DNA of 49,878 bases from an uncultured Actinomycetota bacterium (GCA_964558475.1 CAZLEB010000001.1:1-49878); one strand, 5' to 3'. Shown: positions 29,530 through 37,310, counted from the first letter of the stretch. The notes: a model not told the origin generated them from the letters alone. Made by a program: numbers and translations.

Positions 29530-30327
29530 ATGATCAATATGGAAAAGAAATTGACAGATGATCTTCCAGTGTATTTATCCCCTTATTTAAGAAAGAACTA
29601 TGGAATAATTTTTTGCTTTACAACCAGAAATGGCGGATGCAGCAACGGTAAGTTCGGTTCTTTAAATGTTAATTATTATGTAGGTGACAGCAGGGTAAAT
29701 GTTAAAAAGAATAGAAAAATAATTTTAAAGAAACTTGGACTGGAAAGGATAGATCAGATATATTCCGTAAAACAGGTACATGGAAATGGTATATTAAATA
29801 TTGATGAGAATATAAGCTTGAAGTCAGATAGTATACCTGTAGAAGCTGACTGTTTGATAACAGATTTAAAGGATACCCCCATAATGGTAATGGGAGCTGA
29901 CTGTAATTTGGTGCTGATAGCGGATATTAATAAAAAAGTTGTTGCAGCTGTACATGCCGGATGGAAGGGGACCTTAAATGAAATAATGACTGAAGCAATT
30001 TTATATATGAAAAAAAGGTATAAAAGCGAAACAAAAAATATAATAGTAGATTTCGGCCCCAGTATCAGGAGATGCTGCTATAAAGTTGATAGGGCGGTAC
30101 TTGAAAAATTTATAAATAAGTTTGGTTATGGAGATTTTTTTTTAAAAAAAAACAATGATATTTTTTTGGATCTCGTTAGTATTAATTATATGCAGCTGCG
30201 AAGATTAGGGATTAATGAAGAAAATATTTCTGATTGCGGAGAGTGCACTTGTTGCACCAATGGTTTTTTTTCATACCGGAGAGATAAAGTGACCGGCAGG
30301 CAGGCGGGAATAGCAATTATTGAGTAG
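29530..30327 (+). CDS. pgeF: Peptidoglycan editing factor PgeF / YfiH (YlmD) family
   Basis: QVHG, ADC, VHAGWKGT and a C-terminal Cys cluster CGECTCC. Position after ftsZ, as for ylmD. Confidence 0.88.
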   Translation: MINMEKKLTDDLPVYLSPYLRKNYGIIFCFTTRNGGCSNGKFGSLNVNYYVGDSRVNVKKNRKIILKKLGLERIDQIYSVKQVHGNGILNIDENISLKSDSIPVEADCLITDLKDTPIMVMGADCNLVLIADINKKVVAAVHAGWKGTLNEIMTEAILYMKKRYKSETKNIIVDFGPSIRRCCYKVDRAVLEKFINKFGYGDFFLKKNNDIFLDLVSINYMQLRRLGINEENISDCGECTCCTNGFFSYRRDKVTGRQAGIAIIE

Positions 30328-30343
30328 TAGCATTATCTAAATT

Positions 30344-31051
30344 ATGGAAAATAGCGGAAACTTAATAGGAGAGACTGAAAAATTAAAAAGGAATATTAAT
30401 AATTTAAAAGATGAAATGGATAAAATCTGTAAAAAAATCGGCAGGAGCAGTAAAGATATATCGATTATAGCTGCTACAAAATATGCTTCAGCCGGCCAGG
30501 TAAAATTGATTTATAATTTGGGGCTCAGGAATTTTGGCGAAAATAGAGTTGATGAGCTGGAAAAAAAATATAGCGCTGTAGAAAAAGATTCAGTTTGGCA
30601 TTTTATCGGGCATCTACAGAGCAGGAAGGTAAAAAAAGTGGTCCCTCTGGTTGAATTTATACATTCGATAGATAGAATAAGCACTTTAAGTAAAGTGAAT
30701 GATGAGGCGGAGAAGTTAAATAAAATACAGAAATTATTAATAGAGATTAATATTTCCGGAGAGCAGTCAAAGTGTGGTATAAATCCGGATGATTTGTATA
30801 ATTTTCTTAAAGAAACATCAAATTTTAAAAATATTAAAGTAGTGGGCTTGATGACGATGGCACCTCTGACAGATGATTTTGGATTTATAAGGGAAATTTT
30901 CAAAAAGCTGCGAATTCTCCGGGATAAATCAAATGAATATTTCAGCAATATGAATCTGACAGAGCTTTCAATGGGTATGAGTAACGATTATCAAGTAGCA
31001 ATTGAGGAAGGTGCTACAATGATAAGAATAGGTTCTATTATTTTTAAGTAA
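30344..31051 (+). CDS. yggS: YggS/YlmE-family PLP homeostasis protein
   Basis: PLP-lysine AATKY, then HFIGHLQSRK and LSMGMSNDY. Confidence 0.9.
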   Translation: MENSGNLIGETEKLKRNINNLKDEMDKICKKIGRSSKDISIIAATKYASAGQVKLIYNLGLRNFGENRVDELEKKYSAVEKDSVWHFIGHLQSRKVKKVVPLVEFIHSIDRISTLSKVNDEAEKLNKIQKLLIEINISGEQSKCGINPDDLYNFLKETSNFKNIKVVGLMTMAPLTDDFGFIREIFKKLRILRDKSNEYFSNMNLTELSMGMSNDYQVAIEEGATMIRIGSIIFK

Positions 31052-31077
31052 AATTTTAATTATATAGAGGAGGATTA

Positions 31078-31596
31078 ATGAGCAGATTTTTTAAAAAAAC
31101 TCTTTCCTTTTTTGGTTTATCCGATGAGGATGAAATAGATTTAGAGAAAATGGAGAGCAAAGATGCAGGAGGGGTAAAGGCAGGAACATTAAGAGGCAGA
31201 AGAGGTAAAATAGAAGCAAGACATGAAAAGGAGAATCCTAAGAGAGTTCGTATTATTGGTTCAAAACCACCCAGAAAGATCTCATTAATTGGTTCCGGGA
31301 GAGAGAGAGATGGGATAAAATCAAAGGTATTTATCGCAGAGCCAAAAGAATTTGAGGAGATACAGGTAATTGCGGACAATTTTAAGGATGATATTCCTAT
31401 AATAATTAATCTACAGAAAGCCGACCAGGACCTGGCAAAGAGAGTGATCGATTTCTGCAGCGGGCTTGCCTATGCTCTGGAAGGAAATATTAAAAAAGTG
31501 GCAGATAAAGTTTTTTTAATTACCCCCTATAATGTGGAGGTTAGTTCGGAGGAAAAGGAGTTGCTGCGGGAACAGGGTTTTTATGAGCACTTTTAA
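31078..31596 (+). CDS. sepF: Cell division protein SepF
   Basis: N-terminal amphipathic membrane-targeting helix MSRFFKKTLSFFGL, a basic linker, and the conserved C-terminal domain (IINLQ...AKRVIDFCSGLAYALEG). Confidence 0.9.
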   Translation: MSRFFKKTLSFFGLSDEDEIDLEKMESKDAGGVKAGTLRGRRGKIEARHEKENPKRVRIIGSKPPRKISLIGSGRERDGIKSKVFIAEPKEFEEIQVIADNFKDDIPIIINLQKADQDLAKRVIDFCSGLAYALEGNIKKVADKVFLITPYNVEVSSEEKELLREQGFYEHF

Positions 31597-31613
31597 AGAG
31601 GAGGAATAATTAT

Positions 31614-32462
31614 TTGAATAGCTATAGATTGGGTATAATCGGCTGTGGAAATATGGGGGAGGCAATACTTGGAGGAACACTGAATTCCGGTTTCTTAAAA
31701 TCTGATGAAATAATATTCTATGACAAAGATAATTACCGTAAAAATTATATCAAAAAAAAATATAAAATATATTTGTCTGAAGGAATTGCTGAAGTCATAA
31801 AAAAATCCAGTTATATATTGCTGGCTGTAAAACCACAGGACATAAAAACCGTATTGGACGAGATAAAAAGTTGTTTTGATTTTAAGACAAATTCAATTAT
31901 TAGTATCGTGGCTGGAGTACCTACAGATTATATAGAGAAGAGAATTAATTCGAATGTTTCAGTAATAAGAGTGATGCCCAATGCTCCGGCGTTGTTTGAA
32001 AAGGGAATGGCTGCCATAAGTAAAGGCAGGTTTGTAAGAAACAGGGACTTACAGTTCTCTGAAAAATTAATAAAGAGTATAGGTGATTATGTAGTAATTG
32101 AGGAGAAATACCAGAATATAGCAACAGCTTTAAATGGAAGCGGACCAGCTTATTTTTTTCTCTTTTGTAAATATTTGATTGAATCGGGGATACAGAACGG
32201 ACTTGATCCTGAAATATCTAAGAAATTGGTTACCGGTACTATGATAGGGGCAGGTATAGCTATGGAGAAATCAAGAATCGATCTTTCCGGTTTAATTAAA
32301 AAGATTGCATCTCCGGGGGGAACTACTGAAAAAGCCCTGAGAGAATTTGAGAGAAATGGACTTGATAAAGTAGTTTATAGTGCTGTGAAAGTTGCAATGA
32401 AAAGAGCATACGAGTTGCAGGATTTTCTTGACCTGGGGAAATGCAATGAAAGTCTTTATTGA
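31614..32462 (+). CDS. proC: Pyrroline-5-carboxylate reductase
   Basis: IGCGNMGEAIL dinucleotide fold and SPGGTTEKAL motif. TTG start. Confidence 0.9.
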   Translation: MNSYRLGIIGCGNMGEAILGGTLNSGFLKSDEIIFYDKDNYRKNYIKKKYKIYLSEGIAEVIKKSSYILLAVKPQDIKTVLDEIKSCFDFKTNSIISIVAGVPTDYIEKRINSNVSVIRVMPNAPALFEKGMAAISKGRFVRNRDLQFSEKLIKSIGDYVVIEEKYQNIATALNGSGPAYFFLFCKYLIESGIQNGLDPEISKKLVTGTMIGAGIAMEKSRIDLSGLIKKIASPGGTTEKALREFERNGLDKVVYSAVKVAMKRAYELQDFLDLGKCNESLY

Positions 32463-32730
32463 GCTGGTTATTTTCTTTCTTAGAGTTTATATTGGTATAC
32501 TATTTATAAGAATAGTTGTATCATGGTTCAGGATAAGTCCGACAGGTTTTTGGGCAAGGGCTTATAAATTTTTAGTTGACATTACTGAACCATTTTTAAT
32601 AATATTTAGAAAAATTATATCATTAGTAAAGATTGGAAGATTTTACATAGATCTTTCTTATATTGCGGCAATTTTAGTGATTGAGCTGGCGGTGGTATTG
32701 CTGCGTTATATAAGTTATAGATATGTGTAG
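32446..32730 (+). CDS. yggT: YggT/YlmG-family membrane protein
   Basis: About 95 aa with two TM segments, in the ylmG position. ATG 32446 is preferred to the listed upstream start. Overlaps the proC stop. Confidence 0.8.
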   Translation: MKVFIELVIFFLRVYIGILFIRIVVSWFRISPTGFWARAYKFLVDITEPFLIIFRKIISLVKIGRFYIDLSYIAAILVIELAVVLLRYISYRYV

Positions 32731-32750
32731 TAAAAAAAATGGAGGTAATA

Positions 32751-33707
32751 ATGAATATAAATGCAGAGAACATCCAGAAAAAGGAATTTCATATTGTATT
32801 TAAAGGATACAAACCTGAAGAGGTTGATAAATTTTTAGATATTCTTGCAGTAGAATTTGATAGATTACAGAAATCCCAGAGAGAGCTTCAGGAAAATATG
32901 GAAAAATTGAAATATGAAGGTGATAGAGAATCAGTTGAGATGAAAAGAGTTATCCAGGAAGCGCTTGTATCAGCCCACAAGATTGCGGAGGATATAAAAC
33001 AGAAAGCTGAACAAGAGGCGGAAGAAATGCTAAAAACTAAAGTAGCCGAGGAAGAAGAGTCGTATAAGAGCTTATTAAGTAAGAAAACAAAGTTGGAAAA
33101 AGACATACAGGAACTAAACCAGGAATATGAAGACTTTAAAGCTAAAATTTCTAAGATGATAGATGATTTTAAAGAAACTTCTTCAAAATTAGGGGAAGGG
33201 AAATTTCTCAATATCTCAAGAATTGGCAAGATAGATTTTAATGCTGATAGAGTCAGTATAGATGAAAGTATCAGAAAAGATAAAGAACCGGTATATCCTC
33301 CAGAAGAAGAATTAGAAATATTCGGAGCTGCTAAAAGGAAAGAAGAAGAAGAATCAGGAATGGAAGAAATAGAAGAGAGTAGAGAAGAAGGACCTTTTAA
33401 AGAAGAAGAAAAAAAGTATGGAAAAGAAGAAGAAAAGATGTTTGGAGAAGCAGAAAAGCAGTATGGAGAAGAAGAGGAAAAGCAGTACGGAGAAGAAGAA
33501 AAACAGGATGAAGAAGAGGTAAAGCAGCATGAGGAAGAAGGAGGAGAACAGTACGGAGAAGAAGAGGTAAAGCAGCACGAATTTTATGATGGCTCTGGAG
33601 GAATAGAAGAAAGCGATGATGAATACAAGCCAAAAAGAGTCAAGAAGAAAATAGATATAGCCAATCCAGACATAATTAACGATTTCTTTAAGACTGATGA
33701 AGACTGA
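32751..33707 (+). CDS. divIVA: DivIVA-domain protein with long E/K-rich repetitive tail
   Basis: MNINAENIQKKEFHIVFKGYKPEEVDKFLD is the canonical DivIVA lipid-binding N-terminus. GGAGG (32741-32745) sits 5 nt before ATG 32751, so the listed ATG 32739 is unlikely. Confidence 0.9.
   Translation: MNINAENIQKKEFHIVFKGYKPEEVDKFLDILAVEFDRLQKSQRELQENMEKLKYEGDRESVEMKRVIQEALVSAHKIAEDIKQKAEQEAEEMLKTKVAEEEESYKSLLSKKTKLEKDIQELNQEYEDFKAKISKMIDDFKETSSKLGEGKFLNISRIGKIDFNADRVSIDESIRKDKEPVYPPEEELEIFGAAKRKEEEESGMEEIEESREEGPFKEEEKKYGKEEEKMFGEAEKQYGEEEEKQYGEEEKQDEEEVKQHEEEGGEQYGEEEVKQHEFYDGSGGIEESDDEYKPKRVKKKIDIANPDIINDFFKTDED
33401..33580 (+). repeat. Imperfect tandem 24-nt (8-aa [Y/F]GEEEEKQ-like) coding repeat in the divIVA tail
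   Basis: Exact 20-mer GAAGAAGAGGTAAAGCAGCA at 33510 and 33558. Exact 17-mer CAGTACGGAGAAGAAGA at 33483 and 33549. Confidence 0.85.
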
Positions 33708-33966
33708 AACAATTAAGTTAATTATAAGGCCCAGTTCTACTGTTACCGGTATTTATGGTATTTATAGGAATAGAATAAAAATAAAGCTGGCTGCTGTTCC
33801 CGAAAAAGGAAAAGCTAACAAAGAGCTTATAAAATTCATTTCAGGTAAAATAGGAATTCCTAAAAAAAATATAAAAATTATTGCCGGTGAAAAATCAATT
33901 TATAAAGAGATTAGTATAAAATCAGATGAGGATTTAAATTTAACTTCAAAACTTCTTTCCGGTTAA
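33697..33966 (+). CDS. yggU: DUF167 / YggU-family protein
   Basis: 89 aa with KLAAVPEKGKANKELIKFIS...I.IIAGEKS, the YggU pattern. Overlaps the divIVA stop by 11 nt. Confidence 0.8.
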   Translation: MKTETIKLIIRPSSTVTGIYGIYRNRIKIKLAAVPEKGKANKELIKFISGKIGIPKKNIKIIAGEKSIYKEISIKSDEDLNLTSKLLSG

Positions 33967-33999
33967 GTAAGTTTATAACTATACATATTTTTTCTTACC

Positions 34000-34024
34000 T
34001 TAACATAAATTAACCGAGATTAAC
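34000..34024 (+). promoter_or_regulatory. Three TTAAC direct repeats on an exact 10-bp register (candidate operator)
   Basis: TTAAC at 34000, 34010 and 34020, located 25 bp upstream of a TTGACA -35. Confidence 0.35.
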
Positions 34025-34048
34025 TGTGATATTTACCAAAATAATTGT

Positions 34049-34077
34049 TTGACAATTAAACTTTATAATTTTATTAT
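34049..34077 (+). promoter_or_regulatory. Sigma-70-type promoter upstream of the TadZ-like gene
   Basis: TTGACA (34049-34054), 17-nt spacer, TATTAT (34072-34077). Confidence 0.5.
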
Positions 34078-34214
34078 GTATTTATAAGAAATCTACAATT
34101 ATTGTATGATAATTTGATAATGCTCATATTAAAAAAAATACTGGTTATTTAATTAATTTTAGGGAACAAAAAGAGCAAGACGTAATAATTATTTTAATTA
34201 TTGGTATATAAAAA

Positions 34215-35315
34215 ATGGAAATAATTTTAGTTGTTACCGGAGATAATGAATTAGTCGAAAATATACCTAAAATAAAGCTGCAAAATCATAATATATTGGT
34301 TTTAGGCAATATAAACTACATTAAGCATTATTTAGAAGAATATATGCCAAGATATGTTTTATTATCGGCAAAATTCAAAAATTATAGAGAAGTTGCTGAA
34401 TATATAAACAATTTTACCGGTAGTGAACTTTTTATAACTGATATGACTTCTGACTCTGAGGAGAAAAAGAGCGCTATCTCCAAGAATATATACCTGAGAA
34501 AGATTGAAAATATAACAGAACTGGAAAGAGTGCTGAAAATTATAGATGATTTAAATTTAAAAGAAAATATAAAGAAAGAAGACAGTTATAAATTCATACC
34601 CCAGCAGATAATCTCATTTTATTCAATCCAGGGAGGGGTTGGAAAAACCAGCATCGTTTTTAATTTTTCCTGGTATATGAAAGACATTGTTGAAGGGAAA
34701 ATATTAATCATAGATTTAAATTTTTGCGAGGGCCCATCGGATCTGACTATCAATCTGGGCTTGAACCTATCACCAAATTTAAGTATATTTATCGAAAAGA
34801 TCACCCAGGGAAAAGACTGCTTCAATAAATCTATAATAAATCTAGGCAGTGATAATAAAATAGATATCCTTCAGCCACCTCTGTCTATCTATCAGAGTGA
34901 TAAGTTTAATATTGATATGCTGGACAGCATAATTTATTCTGCCAGAAATGAATATGACATTATAATAGCAGATGTCCCTTTCAGATATGATAATATTTCG
35001 CTGGAGATGTTAAATCTTTCTACTGCTTCGGTTTTAGTACTATCTCCTGATATAAAGCTGGCTCCCCGGGTAAGTAATTTTTTAAAGTTTCTTCCGGGCA
35101 GTCAGAGAAAAGGAATTATTTTTAATAAAGTGAGCCGGGATCAGAAGACATATATAGATGAGTATATGAGTATGTTAGGTATTCCTGTATATGACCGGAT
35201 ATCCTTTATACCGGAAGATGACAGGAGAGTACTGACAAATGGCAGGAATTCTTTTAACATTCTGGATTTACAATCAAAAATGCCTGACCTGGGAAATTTT
35301 ATTTTTAAAAAATGA
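34215..35315 (+). CDS. TadZ/CpaE-like protein: degenerate receiver domain fused to MinD/ParA-family ATPase
   Basis: The N-terminal ~120 aa is CheY-like but lacks the acidic pocket. The C-terminal half has Walker A SIQGGVGKTS, A' ILIIDLNF and Walker B YDIIIADVP. No SD precedes the ATG. Confidence 0.7.
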   Translation: MEIILVVTGDNELVENIPKIKLQNHNILVLGNINYIKHYLEEYMPRYVLLSAKFKNYREVAEYINNFTGSELFITDMTSDSEEKKSAISKNIYLRKIENITELERVLKIIDDLNLKENIKKEDSYKFIPQQIISFYSIQGGVGKTSIVFNFSWYMKDIVEGKILIIDLNFCEGPSDLTINLGLNLSPNLSIFIEKITQGKDCFNKSIINLGSDNKIDILQPPLSIYQSDKFNIDMLDSIIYSARNEYDIIIADVPFRYDNISLEMLNLSTASVLVLSPDIKLAPRVSNFLKFLPGSQRKGIIFNKVSRDQKTYIDEYMSMLGIPVYDRISFIPEDDRRVLTNGRNSFNILDLQSKMPDLGNFIFKK

Positions 35316-35698
35316 GTGAAGAGGAAAAATTATATACTATTAAAGAGGTTTCGGAGCTGGTTGGAATCAGCGAATCAGAGATAATAAGGGCGGTTATGCT
35401 AAGGAAATTACCTGCCATAAGAATGGGTAAAGCTATAAGAATAAAAGAAAATGATCTGGAGATATTCTTAAAGGAATTCATCGGTGAAGAAGATATAAGA
35501 ACCGGCCATAGGGAACCGGTCTTATATACGGCTGAACAGGTTGCAAGAATTTTAAAACTATCGGTTGACAATATATGGAATTTGCTTAAAACGGGGAGGC
35601 TTAAAGGATTTAAAATAAGAGAAGGCAGAAGTTCCTGGAGGATTTCGGCCAGTAATCTGGAAGATTTTATAGAAAGCAGAACCAGGCAGCCAATATGA
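35312..35698 (+). CDS. Tandem excisionase/MerR-type helix-turn-helix DNA-binding protein
   Basis: Two internal repeats, LYTIKEVSELVGISESEI...IRIKENDLEIFL and LYTAEQVARILKLSVDNI...WRISASNLEDFI. ATGA start/stop overlap with the upstream gene. Confidence 0.7.
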   Translation: MSEEEKLYTIKEVSELVGISESEIIRAVMLRKLPAIRMGKAIRIKENDLEIFLKEFIGEEDIRTGHREPVLYTAEQVARILKLSVDNIWNLLKTGRLKGFKIREGRSSWRISASNLEDFIESRTRQPI

Positions 35699-35705
35699 TT
35701 TTTAA

Positions 35706-35870
35706 ATGATGAATGGTGATAAGGAGAAAAACCCCGGACCTACTGTCTGGGAGAAGATAGCAATAGTCATAATTGTCATATTGATAATTATTATAATTCT
35801 ATTAATTTTCAACCAGGAAATTAAAGAATATATTGAAGTCTTTAAGAACTGGTATGAAAGTAAAATTTAA
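35706..35870 (+). CDS. Unannotated 54-aa single-pass membrane micro-protein (candidate)
   Basis: My translation: MMNGDKEKNPGPTVWEKIAIVIIVILIIIIILLIFNQEIKEYIEVFKNWYESKI. Starts 8 nt after the HTH gene stop. Below the ORF-track size cutoff. No clear SD. Confidence 0.4.
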   Translation: MMNGDKEKNPGPTVWEKIAIVIIVILIIIIILLIFNQEIKEYIEVFKNWYESKI

Positions 35871-35911
35871 GTAGCAATATTAATGATTTATATTTTTAGG
35901 AGGTGAAAATA

Positions 35912-35983
35912 ATGAAAAAGTTAATAAGAATTTTACTGGTGCTGGGCTCCTTAATCGGAATAGCTTCTTGGATTAGATGGTAA
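35912..35983 (+). CDS. Unannotated 23-aa hydrophobic micro-ORF (candidate)
   Basis: MKKLIRILLVLGSLIGIASWIRW, preceded by a near-perfect SD AGGAGGTGA (35899-35907) 4 nt upstream of the ATG. Confidence 0.45.
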   Translation: MKKLIRILLVLGSLIGIASWIRW

Positions 35984-36012
35984 AATTCATGTTATAATAA
36001 ATCAATATTTTT

Positions 36013-36021
36013 TGATATAAT
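36013..36021 (+). promoter_or_regulatory. Extended -10 element TGaTATAAT upstream of the HD-GYP gene
   Basis: TG-n-TATAAT lies 36 nt upstream of GTG 36057. Confidence 0.4.
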
Positions 36022-36056
36022 GCTCTATATTTTTGTAAATAGAGGCTAAAAAACTG

Positions 36057-37310
36057 GTGAAAAAGAATAGTAATCAGGTGTTAGGGGTATATGTATTTTT
36101 TATATTCTTAATTGGTTTGTCTATATTTACATATATTCTTATAAAGTATAGAGGCATATCAATTATTGGAGTAGTGCTGTTCGGATTATCAGCTTTTATG
36201 GGTGATAATCTATCGGCGCCGCTTCCAAGAACAGGAAGTGTTTCGGTAAATCTTGCAATCTTTCTAGTAAGCTTAATGCTCTTTGGTCCTTCCACAGCCA
36301 TTTTAGTTACAGCAATTTCTTTTTTTAACATCAGAGAGTTTGTTAAAAAAGTTCCTTATTATAAGCACCTTTTTAATGCCGGACAATATTTTATTTCAAT
36401 TGGTATTGCCAGTATTATATTTGAAGAAATTTATAATAGGGATGTAACTAAATTTTTTAGTATAGCAAATATTAGCGTAATTGTTTTATCTGCATTTATA
36501 TGCTTTTTCCTAAATACATTATTAAATACAGGGGCTATTTCTATCAGTGAAAATAAAAATTTTATAAATACATGGATTTACAATTTTGCATGGATAATCC
36601 CTTTTCATATATTTTTAGCTGCTATGTCAATTGCAATATCTTTTATTTATAGATTGTATGGACCTTTTACAATTATATTTACTTCTCTTCCTTTAATAAT
36701 TGCTCAATATACCTACATGCTGAGAATAAAGGAGAGAAAGGCACTTTTAAACAGTATTATGCAGATTGTAAAGATAATAGATGCAAAAGATTCGTATACT
36801 GCGGGTCATTCGGTAAGGGTAGCGGAATATGCCGAAAAGATTGCCAGAAAGTTAAGACTCAGTGAATATGATGTTGAAGTATTAACCAATCTTGCAAATC
36901 TGCATGATATAGGTAAGGTACAGATTGATTTAAGTATACTTAACAAGCCGGGGAAGTTTGATGATGCCGACTGGGTAGAGATGAAGAAGCACCCGGAAGT
37001 GGGTTATAAAATAGTAAAAGAAATCGTCTTTTTAAAAAATTATGCTGAGGCAATTCTCTATCACCATGAAAAAATAGATGGAAAAGGGTACCCACATGGG
37101 ATCAAGGGAGACAGAATACCTTTGTTTGCCAAAATACTAACTGTAGCAGATGCCTATGATGCAATGACCTCCGACAGGCCTTACAGGCAGGCACTCACTC
37201 AAAAAAAAGCAATAAAGGAATTAGAAAAATGTGCCGGTGAAAGTTTTGACAGGAGAATCAGCAATATAATGATTGAGATTATTAAAGAGGAAAGCCTGAC
37301 CAGGTGTTAA
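36057..37310 (+). CDS. Membrane-integral HD-GYP domain phosphodiesterase (cyclic-di-GMP type)
   Basis: About 220 aa of multi-TM N-terminus, then HD (NLHDIGK) and HHEKIDGKGYP. GTG start. Confidence 0.85.
   Translation: MKKNSNQVLGVYVFFIFLIGLSIFTYILIKYRGISIIGVVLFGLSAFMGDNLSAPLPRTGSVSVNLAIFLVSLMLFGPSTAILVTAISFFNIREFVKKVPYYKHLFNAGQYFISIGIASIIFEEIYNRDVTKFFSIANISVIVLSAFICFFLNTLLNTGAISISENKNFINTWIYNFAWIIPFHIFLAAMSIAISFIYRLYGPFTIIFTSLPLIIAQYTYMLRIKERKALLNSIMQIVKIIDAKDSYTAGHSVRVAEYAEKIARKLRLSEYDVEVLTNLANLHDIGKVQIDLSILNKPGKFDDADWVEMKKHPEVGYKIVKEIVFLKNYAEAILYHHEKIDGKGYPHGIKGDRIPLFAKILTVADAYDAMTSDRPYRQALTQKKAIKELEKCAGESFDRRISNIMIEIIKEESLTRC

Noticed and set aside
30511-30948. 145-aa minus-strand ORF antisense to yggS
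   Set aside because: It is embedded in a confidently assigned gene, has a low-complexity S/F/L composition, and lacks an SD or promoter context.
32888-33633. Three minus-strand ORFs (113, 74 and 78 aa) antisense to divIVA
   Set aside because: They are generated by the GAA/GAG-rich repeat, whose antisense reads as a TTC/CTC-rich run of F/L/S codons. No independent support.
33961-34004. Imperfect inverted repeat GGTTAAGTAAG...CTTACCTTAAC after yggU, considered as a terminator
   Set aside because: The stem is interrupted by a bulge, the loop is 22 nt, and there is no downstream T-tract. Its right arm is better explained as the first TTAAC repeat.
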